The notes under the pieces are model-generated. The model had not been told where the DNA came from, searched no databases, and worked only from the letters and a program-made list of their open reading frames with translations. The position numbers and the translations under genes are program-made. A stretch of DNA of 64,000 bases from a virus. Each line of letters starts with the position of its first letter. The stretch's first letter is position 1. Shown here in pieces: positions 37,207-45,704 of this stretch. Location of the stretch: positions 67,525-131,524 of IMG/VR virus record IMGVR_UViG_3300050821_002963. One strand, 5' to 3'.

Positions 37207-37275
37207 TGGTTGGGGCCGGAGTGGGTTGATTATCCTGAAAAGATAAAAGTCGACCTACGTTATATGTCTAAGCCA
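37207..37275 (+). ncRNA. Y RNA-like unit 9 (short; anticodon-loop mimic CUGAAAA)
   Basis: TGGTTGGGGCCGGA / TGTCTAAGCCA; GTGGGTTGAT/GTCGACCTAC; TTATC-CTGAAAA-GATAA. Confidence 0.75.
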
Positions 37276-37282
37276 TGAAGTT

Positions 37283-37372
37283 TCAGTGGGGCCGGAGCTG
37301 GTTGGTTATCCCATCAAATGAGAAGCGGACTACAATCCGCTTATTATCGACTAGCATTATTTGTCTCACTGA
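37283..37372 (+). ncRNA. Y RNA-like unit 10
   Basis: TCAGTGGGGCCGGA / TTTGTCTCACTGA; GCTGGTTG/CGACTAGC; hairpin AAGCGGA-CTACAA-TCCGCTT. Confidence 0.75.
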
Positions 37373-37399
37373 TTAAAAAGAAAGAATGGAGAAAAGAAA

Positions 37400-39007
37400 A
37401 TGACGTCTTACTTGAACACAGCAGCAAAGAGAGCTGGAGTAGGGCCGGCGCAGTCGGAACCTTTGAATGAAAGACAAGTTCAGAACTCGGCTGGAGGTTA
37501 TTCCTTCCCAGTCGATATGTGGGTGCAGTTGGACAGGTTCTTGATTCTCGGTACGGAAGGCGGGTCGTACTACGCCAGCGAGAAAAAGCTCACGGACAAG
37601 AACGTTAAGTCCATAAGGGACTGCATCAAGACAGACGGGTTGCGAACAGTAGCCCGCGTAGTTGAGATTTCGGATGCCGGTAGGGCACCAAAGAACGACC
37701 CGGCACTCTTCGTCTTGGCACTTTGCTCCAAGGCGGATGACCAGAAGACAAGAGCTGCGGCTCTGGATGCGCTACCAAAGGTGGCAAGAATTGGTACGCA
37801 CCTTTTCCACTTCGCAGAGTTCAGAACTCAGCTCGGCGGTGGCTGGGGTAAGGGCATGAAGCGGGCCATCTCGAACTGGTATCTGGATAGAAGTCCGATG
37901 TCCCTCCAGAACCAGTTGGTCAAGTACCAGTCGAGAGATGGCTGGAGCCATAAGGACCTGCTCAAGTTGGGGCATGTGAATCCTTCGGAAGTGGCACCGG
38001 AGAAGCGGGTGGCCTTGGCGTGGGCTGCGGATAAGGCCCCACTGGAATTGTCTCAAGTACCTTTGATTGAGGCGTTCGAACGGGCCAAGACTCTGAAAGA
38101 AAAGTCTCAGGAGAAAGAGCTCATTCAGTTGATTACCCAGTATGAATTGACGAGAGAGATGGTTCCGACAGAAGCTTTGAACTCTGCTGCTGTGTGGGAA
38201 GCTCTTTTGGTCAAGATGCCGATTACGGCTTTGATTCGTAACTTGGGGAACATGACCAAGAACGAATTGCTCAAGCCAATGTCGGATGCGTGCAAGACGG
38301 TGGTCAATAACCTTACCAGCAAGGAAGTTCTGAAAGCTGGTAGAGTGCATCCAATCCAGTTGCTTGTGGCACTGAGAACTTATGCGTCCGGGCACGGGAT
38401 GAAGAGTCGTGGAGAAGGTTGGAAGCCTGTCTCAAAGGTGGTGGATGCTTTGGATGAGTCTTACTATCTGGCTTTCGCCAACGTCGAACCTACGGGCAAG
38501 AGATGGTACTTGGGCCTGGACGTTTCCGGTTCCATGTCTGGCGGAAGCATTGCTGGAAGTCCACTGACTCCCTGCGAAGGGGCAGCCGCGATGAGCATGG
38601 TTACGGCCAAGCTGGAAGAAGACTATGAAATCATGGCCTTCGACCAAGGCATCAGGAAGCTTCCTATCACGCCGAAGATGCGTTTGGACGATATCATGAA
38701 GCACACCAAAGACATCAACGGTGGCGGAACAGACTGTGCTTTGCCAATGATAGAAGCGGCGAAGAGAAAAATTCCGGTGGACATGTTTGTGGTCTACACG
38801 GATAGCGAGACGTGGGCTGGGCACATTCATCCGCCCAAGGCGTTGGAGCAGTATAGACAGAAGATGGGCATTCCAGCCAAGTTGGTAGTTTGTGGAATGC
38901 TCGGCAATAACTTTTCCATTGCAGACCCCAATGATGCGGGCATGTTGGACGTGGTAGGTTTTGATACCAACGTGCCCTTGTTGTTGGCGGACTTTGCAAA
39001 GAATTGA
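37400..39007 (+). CDS. rsr: Ro60/Rsr TROVE-domain RNA-binding protein with C-terminal vWA domain
   Basis: 'QVQNSAGGYSF', 'RFLILGTEGGSYY', 'KYQSRDGWSHKDLLKLGH', 'ALIRNLG', MIDAS 'DVSGSM', 'GGTDCALP', 'YTDSET', 'MLDVVGFD'. Confidence 0.95.
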   Translation: MTSYLNTAAKRAGVGPAQSEPLNERQVQNSAGGYSFPVDMWVQLDRFLILGTEGGSYYASEKKLTDKNVKSIRDCIKTDGLRTVARVVEISDAGRAPKNDPALFVLALCSKADDQKTRAAALDALPKVARIGTHLFHFAEFRTQLGGGWGKGMKRAISNWYLDRSPMSLQNQLVKYQSRDGWSHKDLLKLGHVNPSEVAPEKRVALAWAADKAPLELSQVPLIEAFERAKTLKEKSQEKELIQLITQYELTREMVPTEALNSAAVWEALLVKMPITALIRNLGNMTKNELLKPMSDACKTVVNNLTSKEVLKAGRVHPIQLLVALRTYASGHGMKSRGEGWKPVSKVVDALDESYYLAFANVEPTGKRWYLGLDVSGSMSGGSIAGSPLTPCEGAAAMSMVTAKLEEDYEIMAFDQGIRKLPITPKMRLDDIMKHTKDINGGGTDCALPMIEAAKRKIPVDMFVVYTDSETWAGHIHPPKALEQYRQKMGIPAKLVVCGMLGNNFSIADPNDAGMLDVVGFDTNVPLLLADFAKN

Positions 39008-39014
39008 ATTCGGC

Positions 39015-39089
39015 ACCTGAGTAGCTCAGTGGTAGAGCAGCGGGCTCATAATCCGTTGGTCGATGGTTCGAATCCATCCTCAGGTACCA
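39015..39089 (+). tRNA. tRNA(CAT), Met or Ile2
   Basis: ACCTGAG/CTCAGGT acceptor, loop CTCATAA, T arm, ACCA. Confidence 0.9.
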
Positions 39090-39102
39090 AAAAATTTCTG
39101 TT

Positions 39103-39177
39103 GTGACGGAAGCCAAACGGTGCGGCGGTTGCCTGTGGAGCAATCTCTAGTGGGTTCAACTCCCATCCGTCACCCCA
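39103..39177 (+). tRNA. tRNA-His(GTG)
   Basis: GTGACGG/CCGTCAC acceptor, loop CTGTGGA, C73 discriminator, CCA. Confidence 0.85.
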
Positions 39178-39178
39178 G

Positions 39179-39252
39179 CGGAGCGTAAGTGGACGGTCGA
39201 CGGCGTGCTTTGGGAGCACGAGCATGGGGTTCAATTCCCTACGCTCCGACCA
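39179..39252 (+). tRNA. tRNA-Pro(TGG)
   Basis: CGGAGCG/CGCTCCG acceptor, CGTGC-TTTGGGA-GCACG, ACCA; weak D arm. Confidence 0.85.
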
Positions 39253-39585
39253 AGTCGTGCACGGTGCTTAGGTATGCGCACTGAGACATACCCCTAGCGG
39301 GTGAAAGGCCCGCCCAAGCTTGGTTGAGAAAAGCTGACGTTCAGGTTGTGGCAGTTAGCCTGAGTACCTGCGACGACTTCGTGGAGGACGTTACAGGGAA
39401 AAAACGTGCCATAGGAATGCGGAATGGAAACGTTCCGAAGTCGGTGATGCTAAAACGTGCGAGCGCCCATGTCAGACTCAGAGATGAGTGAGGCTGAAGG
39501 TCTGGATAAAAGAACTTGACCTCGCTAATGGCCCAGACGCGGATAGCAAAGTCGACGGGGGTTGCGGCTGAACCTTCGACCATAA
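39253..39585 (+). ncRNA. Unassigned structured RNA candidate
   Basis: ~20-bp stem 39252-39272/39359-39379 enclosing hairpins, further hairpins downstream, no credible ORF, flanked by tRNAs. Confidence 0.5.
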
Positions 39586-39593
39586 TTTTCTAC

Positions 39594-39667
39594 TCGGTAG
39601 TGGGGTAATGGTAGCCCGACTGACTTTGGCTCAGTAGATATTGGTTCGAGTCCAGTCTACCGAGCCA
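39594..39667 (+). tRNA. tRNA-Gln(TTG)
   Basis: TCGGTAG/CTACCGA acceptor, ACTGA-CTTTGGC-TCAGT, GCCA. Confidence 0.9.
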
Positions 39668-39671
39668 ATGT

Positions 39672-39747
39672 TCCCCGATGGTGCAACTGGTAGCATAGCG
39701 GGCTCTGAACTCGCAGATACTTGGTTCGAATCCAGTTCGGGGAACCA
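39672..39747 (+). tRNA. tRNA-Gln(CTG)
   Basis: TCCCCGA/TCGGGGA acceptor, GCGGG-CTCTGAA-CTCGC, ACCA. Confidence 0.9.
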
Positions 39748-39893
39748 AAAGTTGAGTCGACGGTTTCACCGGCCGCTGGTAGTCTAGTAGAGAAGAGTAC
39801 GAACAGCGGGTTATAACCGCCGAGAAGAGCGTGGAATATTCGGCTCTAATTTTAAGAACGAAGGGAGGTGTTTAGAAAGTCACTGGAGAGTTT

Positions 39894-40529
39894 ATGGAAC
39901 TTGTCACAAGACGTAGTTTCCTCAAGCAGTCTTTTGTATTGGTGGCTCTTGCATCAGCTGGCAGATTCATGGCAGCTTGTGTTGGGGCGGCAGCACTTCC
40001 TTTCATCACGATGGGATTGAACCTGATTGGAACAATCCTTCCCACGATTCCAAGTATCATCGCAGCAATATCTTCTCTGACAGGTCATACCATTTCAGCA
40101 GCTTCTGTAGCTAAGCTAACGCAGGTGCTGTCTGGTGTGCAGGACTTGTTCTCTCAGGCTCAGTCTGCTCTGATTGCCTATCAGCAAAACGCCGACCCTA
40201 CGCTCATAGCGAAGATTCAGGATTTGCTTGGTCAGGTTAAGACCAGAATGCAGGCAATCCTGACAGACGTGCAGATTACGGATCAGGCCACAGTGGCGAA
40301 GATTCTTTCGATTGCTAATTCCTTTATCGACTTGGCAAACAACATTCTGGTGATTCTACCATCGGTAGCGAATGGGAAAGTACAAGCAAAGAGAGTATCA
40401 AAGGCGCAGTTGGCTCAGGTTTCTTCGAATGCGTGGGCGGCGAAATTCAATGCTGCGGTTAAGGTCAAGACAAGTAATCCAGAAGTTGAGAAGGCGTTTG
40501 CAAACGTGGTGGCCGTACCGAAGAACTAA
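39894..40529 (+). CDS. Predicted Tat-exported lipoprotein/membrane protein
   Basis: TRRSFLK twin-arginine motif, hydrophobic stretch, MAAC lipobox-like site. Confidence 0.65.
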   Translation: MELVTRRSFLKQSFVLVALASAGRFMAACVGAAALPFITMGLNLIGTILPTIPSIIAAISSLTGHTISAASVAKLTQVLSGVQDLFSQAQSALIAYQQNADPTLIAKIQDLLGQVKTRMQAILTDVQITDQATVAKILSIANSFIDLANNILVILPSVANGKVQAKRVSKAQLAQVSSNAWAAKFNAAVKVKTSNPEVEKAFANVVAVPKN

Positions 40530-40530
40530 G

Positions 40531-40890
40531 ATGGCGGAACAAGATAACAGCTACCATGGTCTGAGACATCGGACCATTATAGAGATGGCGAAAGAAGTAG
40601 GGACTGGGAAGCTGTCTGCGGAAGCAGCAGCACAAGGACACGATGCTTACTTTCCAGTCCCTGTAGCTGTGCAGAACGAACAGGGTAAAACAGTTATACG
40701 TGGCCAGGCAAGAAAACCAGTGGTGAGTCAACGTGGTAAAATCTTTGTCTTTCTACCGACCAGAGAAAAGGTAACGATACTGAGAACGAAGGTTGGTGAG
40801 GCTTACGACGGAACGGCTATCCACGAAGTCGCTACGAGGGAAGGAAAGAAATTCCTATCGTCTCAGAAACAGCTGAAGGAATCTGTATAA
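40531..40890 (+). CDS. Hypothetical protein
   Basis: ATG right after the upstream stop; TAATG coupling downstream. Confidence 0.5.
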   Translation: MAEQDNSYHGLRHRTIIEMAKEVGTGKLSAEAAAQGHDAYFPVPVAVQNEQGKTVIRGQARKPVVSQRGKIFVFLPTREKVTILRTKVGEAYDGTAIHEVATREGKKFLSSQKQLKESV

Positions 40891-41084
40891 TGCTTTGGTG
40901 CGAAAAGTGTGACGAAGAAATTATCTCGGATGAGTTCCTTCCAGAAGAAGTAACTTGTCAGAGTTGCAAGACGGTCTACGTAACGGATTGGGATTGCGAC
41001 TGGGATAATTACTACGTTTGGATAACGGGGGAAAAGCGAGATGGGCAAGTACAGTGCGAAAGCGAACAAGGGAAAGAGGTATAG
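40890..41084 (+). CDS. Small zinc-ribbon protein
   Basis: CEKC...CQSC. Confidence 0.5.
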   Translation: MLWCEKCDEEIISDEFLPEEVTCQSCKTVYVTDWDCDWDNYYVWITGEKRDGQVQCESEQGKEV

Positions 41085-41263
41085 TGTCTGGCGGTCTAGT
41101 GCTGTAGCGGTATCGAAGATGACAAGACAAAGGAAAAGGAAGTTGGTACGGGATGCGACTTGGGAGAAGATGAGTGGACCAAACGCTTTGAGAAATGACA
41201 ATGGAATAATCCCTCGTAGAGTTCGTAGAGATATGGCTAGGATGAAAGCAAAGCGAGGATAGC

Positions 41264-41764
41264 ATGGAGCTAAGGAAGACGTTTCGGTTTGAGGCTTCTC
41301 ACATTCTCCCAAAGCATAAAGGGAAGTGTTCGCGGTTGCATGGGCACTCTTGGGTGTTGCATGTGTTTGTAAAAGGTCAGGTCAGTAGAGAGACGGGCTT
41401 CGTTATGGATTATGCAGACATCTCTGGGGTAGTCAAGCCGTTGGTAGATAGCTTGGACCATCGGCACTTGGGGGCTTGGACGGATTTGTTTTATAGGCCA
41501 ATGTCGGATTGGCACAGAAACAACATGGTTGAGAACATGCCTGAGGACTTTTATCCCAGCTCAGAGAATCTATTGGTTTGGATTGCTGGTCAGCTGTCAG
41601 GAAGAGACTATCCGTTGCTATGGAGTAAGTTATCTTTGGAAGAGACTTGTACAAGTTACGCCGAGATTACCTACAGCGAGTGGCTCAGTCTTCGTGGGGC
41701 GTCGAAAGCAACAGGAGCGATGGATGGGTGTAAATTCCATGCGGCATTAGGAGAAACATTATGA
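41264..41764 (+). CDS. queD: 6-carboxy-5,6,7,8-tetrahydropterin synthase
   Basis: FEASH, KCSRLHGHSW, GFVMDY, LDHRHL, PSSENL, LEET. Confidence 0.92.
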   Translation: MELRKTFRFEASHILPKHKGKCSRLHGHSWVLHVFVKGQVSRETGFVMDYADISGVVKPLVDSLDHRHLGAWTDLFYRPMSDWHRNNMVENMPEDFYPSSENLLVWIAGQLSGRDYPLLWSKLSLEETCTSYAEITYSEWLSLRGASKATGAMDGCKFHAALGETL

Positions 41765-42078
41765 AAACGGCGAGATGGTTGGCGGCAAAGGTCGGCAATG
41801 GAATTGATCCAAAGTTCTTTAATCAGGTAGCACAGTTTGCCCACTTCGGAATGATGTTTACGGTTACAACTGTTGTGGCCAACGTATTGACAAGATTAGG
41901 CCATGATAGGATTGGGCTGGTGGTAGGATTTGTGATGTGCTTGGTCTATGCTTCGTGGCACGAATTCCTTTGGGACCCAACGCATGAGAATGCGGCTACC
42001 AGAGGTTCTGATTTGGAAGACTTTGTATTTCTGGTAGCTGGTTCATTTAGTGGGTTGTTGGCCTTCTGGATTAGATAA
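41761..42078 (+). CDS. Membrane protein
   Basis: Three hydrophobic segments with H/E/D residues. Confidence 0.55.
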   Translation: MKTARWLAAKVGNGIDPKFFNQVAQFAHFGMMFTVTTVVANVLTRLGHDRIGLVVGFVMCLVYASWHEFLWDPTHENAATRGSDLEDFVFLVAGSFSGLLAFWIR

Positions 42079-42620
42079 TGAGAAAAGGTGGCGGCCATTC
42101 GAAAGGTTCAGAATTCGAGAGGAAGATTGCGAAAGACATTGTAAAGGCTTTTAAGTCTTTCGGAGTGAAGCAAAGGGAGTGTTGGCGGTCGGTGCTCTCT
42201 GGTGGTCATGCAATAGCGTGTGGGGACTTGGAGATGTCGGAGCGGTTACTCCAATTGTTCCCATACGCTATTGAGTGCAAGTTCTATAAGAAGATTCGGT
42301 GGGAGAATTTTCTGTTGAACAACTGGACTTCTAAAGAAATGAAGTGGCTGTTGCAGGCTAAGGCTGGCGCAGACAAGGCATCTAAAGAAGGGTACTCGTT
42401 ACAGGCGCTACTGGTCATGAAAGCAAACCATACACCCATCTATGTGATGAATCCTTCGAGTAGAAATATTTTGGTTCCGTGGACGAAGTTTTTGAAGAAT
42501 GCCGTAGAGGATGCTAATTCAATGAACGGCAAACCACGTGAATCCAAAAGTCGCGTTTCTTCCAGCAGGTTTGGACGCCTGCGCCCTATTCCGCATGTTC
42601 CTGACCCATCTACACTATGA
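42078..42620 (+). CDS. Hjc-like Holliday junction resolvase (PD-(D/E)XK)
   Basis: 'SKGSEFERKIAK', 'SGG...GDL', 'IECK'. Confidence 0.75.
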   Translation: MRKGGGHSKGSEFERKIAKDIVKAFKSFGVKQRECWRSVLSGGHAIACGDLEMSERLLQLFPYAIECKFYKKIRWENFLLNNWTSKEMKWLLQAKAGADKASKEGYSLQALLVMKANHTPIYVMNPSSRNILVPWTKFLKNAVEDANSMNGKPRESKSRVSSSRFGRLRPIPHVPDPSTL

Positions 42621-43560
42621 GGAGTCTGTGTTTATTTTCAATCCGAACGGGTTGCCAGCAGAGCTTTTCAAGGATTGCCATGTGGCGATGGTGCAGAGAC
42701 TGTCCTCGCAAGAGAACTACAAAGCCATCCAGCTGTTCAAGCAGCTGAAAATGAAAATCATTTATGACCTGGATGACGATTTGTGGTCGGTGCCAATCTA
42801 CAATCCAGCGTACAAGCTGATGAAGACCTGGCTTCCAGGTTTCGAGATTTGTGCGAATCTCTCAGATGCGATTACGGTTTCGACTGCCCACCTGAAAGTA
42901 ATGGTCGCTAGAACTCTTGGTAAGAAGGCTCCGCCTATCTACGTGGTTGAGAATGCGATAGACACAAGGCTGTATAGACCACTGGCACAATCCCTACGGA
43001 AGAATAAAAAAGGGAAAGTAATTGTCGGATGGGCCGGGACGAACACCCATTCCGGTGATGTGAAGAAAGTGTTCGCTATCATTCCGCAGTTGCTGGATGA
43101 GTTGCCAGAAATGGAATTCGAGCTGGTTGGGGAAAAGATGCCGGAGGACTGGCAAAGATTTGGGAACCGGGTCAGGCAGCGGGACTTTGTGCCGGTGTCG
43201 GAGTTCCCGGTTAGCTGGGCATCTTGGCAGTGGGATTTGTCTTTGGCCCCTTTGGAATCCAATGCTTTCAATCTATCCAAGTCCAATCTAAAAGCTCTGG
43301 AGGCTGCGGCGGTAAAGATTCCCTGTGTCATGTCAGACATAGGCGAGTACGGGAAGTTCTGTTCAGAATCTCCATTGCTAAGAAAGAATGTGCTGGCTGA
43401 TAAGCCAAACAGTTGGAAGCAGAAGATAACTAGCTTGGTAAAGGATGCGGAATTGAGGAGGCAAGTTGGGGAAGAGATGTATAGAGTGGCCGTAGAGAAG
43501 TATGAAATTAAGGGCAGGATGAAACAATGGACTGAGATTTTTCGAGAGGTGGCGGCATGA
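42538..43560 (+). CDS. GT-B glycosyltransferase
   Basis: 'IIYDLDDDLW', 'ITVST..L', 'VGWAGT.TH..D', 'LAPL..N.FN.SKSNLK.LE'. Confidence 0.85.
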   Translation: MNPKVAFLPAGLDACALFRMFLTHLHYEESVFIFNPNGLPAELFKDCHVAMVQRLSSQENYKAIQLFKQLKMKIIYDLDDDLWSVPIYNPAYKLMKTWLPGFEICANLSDAITVSTAHLKVMVARTLGKKAPPIYVVENAIDTRLYRPLAQSLRKNKKGKVIVGWAGTNTHSGDVKKVFAIIPQLLDELPEMEFELVGEKMPEDWQRFGNRVRQRDFVPVSEFPVSWASWQWDLSLAPLESNAFNLSKSNLKALEAAAVKIPCVMSDIGEYGKFCSESPLLRKNVLADKPNSWKQKITSLVKDAELRRQVGEEMYRVAVEKYEIKGRMKQWTEIFREVAA

Positions 43561-43811
43561 GTCCGGCAGAGATTTCGAATGTAGTTAGGTGGGCAGCGGG
43601 TGGGTTGCTCGTATCTGCTATCGGGTACGGAGTGGCGATTACGTTTAAGGCGTGGGCGGAAGTGAAGTCGGCACCTAGAGAGCCTATGCTCTTTTGTGCA
43701 AAGCATGGGCCTATTAGGGAACAGTATACGATAGACTTTATGGGGACAAAGAATTGCTCTATCTGTTTCCATGAGAGGATGAAATCGGCGGAGGCTGGTA
43801 AACTTGTCTGA
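43557..43811 (+). CDS. Membrane-anchored zinc-finger protein
   Basis: TM helix, CAKHG...CSIC. Confidence 0.55.
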   Translation: MSPAEISNVVRWAAGGLLVSAIGYGVAITFKAWAEVKSAPREPMLFCAKHGPIREQYTIDFMGTKNCSICFHERMKSAEAGKLV

Positions 43812-44583
43812 GAAACTTCTTTTCGTTCTGCCAGAATACTGGGAAGAAACATTGCACGCTATCTCCGTGATAATGCAATATTTGGAGACGAGGGTAGTCG
43901 TCGGTCGTACGATGGAGAAGGTAACGATTAAGTGCCCAGACCAGTTGCAGAGTTTCGTAAAAGCCTGCTGGTGGCCAGCAGAAGTGGTAACGGAGCTGAC
44001 GGAAGAACATAAGGATGCGGACTTGGTGGTGGACTTCGATACGGATGTGGCCTACGAACTGGCAGTAGCTCAAAAGAAATATTTGTCGGATGTGTATGCT
44101 ATCCAGCTGGGTGTGGGATTGCTGAGGATACTGCCACCAATTGCAGTTGAGAACTATAAAGAGGAATCTGGCTACGTATTAGTGGTGGAGCGAAACAAAC
44201 ACGATAGGCCTTTAATCGGGGCTGAGTGGATGGCACAAAGAGAAAAGTTCATAGAGATTGGCCAAGAGAATGATATTCAGATGGGCTATCTGGATGGCGG
44301 AGCTTACTGGAAAGAAACCCTATCAGCGGTTGGACGGGCTTCGGTTGTGGTGGGGATTCGTGGAACGGCTACGATGGTAGCAGCATCGGCAGGGAAGATT
44401 GTATTGGAGCTTGCTTCATCAAGTTGGGAACATCAGAATTGGATGGGGAAGTGGCACAACAGAAACTTTAGCATGGCGTACGGTAAGATAGAAGACATGT
44501 CGCCAGAGATGCTTTGGGAAAAACTTAGAACGATGGTAGAGAAGGGAACAAGGTTCAATCGTCCTGAGGTGGTAAATGTATGA
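43804..44583 (+). CDS. GT9 (heptosyltransferase-like) protein, divergent
   Basis: 'ASVVVGIRGTATMVAASAGKIVLEL' resembles the GT9 C-terminal segment. Confidence 0.5.
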   Translation: MSEKLLFVLPEYWEETLHAISVIMQYLETRVVVGRTMEKVTIKCPDQLQSFVKACWWPAEVVTELTEEHKDADLVVDFDTDVAYELAVAQKKYLSDVYAIQLGVGLLRILPPIAVENYKEESGYVLVVERNKHDRPLIGAEWMAQREKFIEIGQENDIQMGYLDGGAYWKETLSAVGRASVVVGIRGTATMVAASAGKIVLELASSSWEHQNWMGKWHNRNFSMAYGKIEDMSPEMLWEKLRTMVEKGTRFNRPEVVNV

Positions 44584-44992
44584 TCCGCGGCTTGGCTATG
44601 ACCCTGTAACATTTGGATATGGAACAAGCAGAAGGGTTAGATCAGACGGCACGGTGCAGATCACCTGTAGCGTATGCACGAAGCCTATCATTTCTCAGCA
44701 GTACAGGGGATTCTCTACTGCTATCTGTGCTGTGTGTCAGGGAGAGATTGAGGCTGGCAGAAGACCAGAGGACTTAATCGGGCAACAGCTAAAAGTTGAG
44801 AATGAACAGAAGATAGACTTGTATAATGATTTGAAACACGGTTTCAAGGTCAGTGGAATCGTGAAGAGGGCCAAAGAAGTTGTGGAGGAGGTTAGAAAAG
44901 CAGCGAGCAAGAGAAGACGGGCACCATTGTTTGCGCGTAAGGACGAGGAAGCGGTTAAGACGGTGAAGGAGAAAAAACAGGATGACGACTAA
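44576..44992 (+). CDS. Zinc-finger hypothetical protein
   Basis: CSVC...CAVC. Confidence 0.55.
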   Translation: MYDPRLGYDPVTFGYGTSRRVRSDGTVQITCSVCTKPIISQQYRGFSTAICAVCQGEIEAGRRPEDLIGQQLKVENEQKIDLYNDLKHGFKVSGIVKRAKEVVEEVRKAASKRRRAPLFARKDEEAVKTVKEKKQDDD

Positions 44993-45704
44993 GAAATTTC
45001 CCATCGCAGAAATGTTTGACTCGGTACAAGGAGAAGGGTTGTATCAGGGAACGCGGATGTTCTTTGTTCGGTTCGCTGGGTGCTCGGTCGGGAAAAGAAT
45101 GACGGCAGAAGAGAGGGAAAAGTTCGGTGGTTCGGATTTTCCGGTTTACAGGGAGACGTGTACTCTATACTCCGGGAAAAAGTTCGCCTGCGATACGAAC
45201 TTCCAGACAGCACAGGCTCTAACGATGGAAGAGATTATGGAACAGGTGCCGAAGGGAGTCGAAAGGATTTGTTTCACTGGTGGGGAGCCATTGAATCAGC
45301 CTCTGGATGCTTTCATAAGCTACATCGGCGGCACGAACTACAAGTTGCATTTAGAAACATCGGGAACAATTAACTTCGACGATGTGTACACGGATTATAA
45401 TTGGCAGGATAATTCGGGTGAAGAAGAGAATGGCAGCTGGATCTGGATTTCGGTCAGCCCAAAGTGGGGAGCTTTGCCGGAGATGATGGGGATAGCAAAC
45501 GAGATTAAGTTGTTGGTGGACGAGGAGTTCGATATCAAACGAGTTCCAGTAGACGTTATGGACCATCGCTTGGTATGGCTGCAACCAGTTAACGATGAGT
45601 TTGCAATCAGGAAAGAGAACGTAGAACGTTGCTTAGCTTTGATGAAGGAGTACCCGAACTTTCGTTTGAGTACGCAGTTACATAAAATATGGGGAGTACG
45701 ATAG
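44982..45704 (+). CDS. queE: 7-carboxy-7-deazaguanine synthase (radical SAM)
   Basis: EMFDSVQGEG, FVRFAGC, CDT, FTGGEP, LETSG, SVSPK, WLQP, RLSTQLHK. Confidence 0.9.
   Translation: MTTKKFPIAEMFDSVQGEGLYQGTRMFFVRFAGCSVGKRMTAEEREKFGGSDFPVYRETCTLYSGKKFACDTNFQTAQALTMEEIMEQVPKGVERICFTGGEPLNQPLDAFISYIGGTNYKLHLETSGTINFDDVYTDYNWQDNSGEEENGSWIWISVSPKWGALPEMMGIANEIKLLVDEEFDIKRVPVDVMDHRLVWLQPVNDEFAIRKENVERCLALMKEYPNFRLSTQLHKIWGVR

Noticed and set aside
34362-37372. CRISPR array reading of the GGGCCGGA...GTTATC repeats
   Set aside because: Repeats are short and degenerate, spacing is irregular, each unit folds back on itself, and no cas genes are present; the adjacent gene is Ro60.
39253-39585. tmRNA or RNase P RNA
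   Set aside because: No tRNA-Ala-like ends or tag reading frame, and no RNase P P4 consensus could be found by eye.
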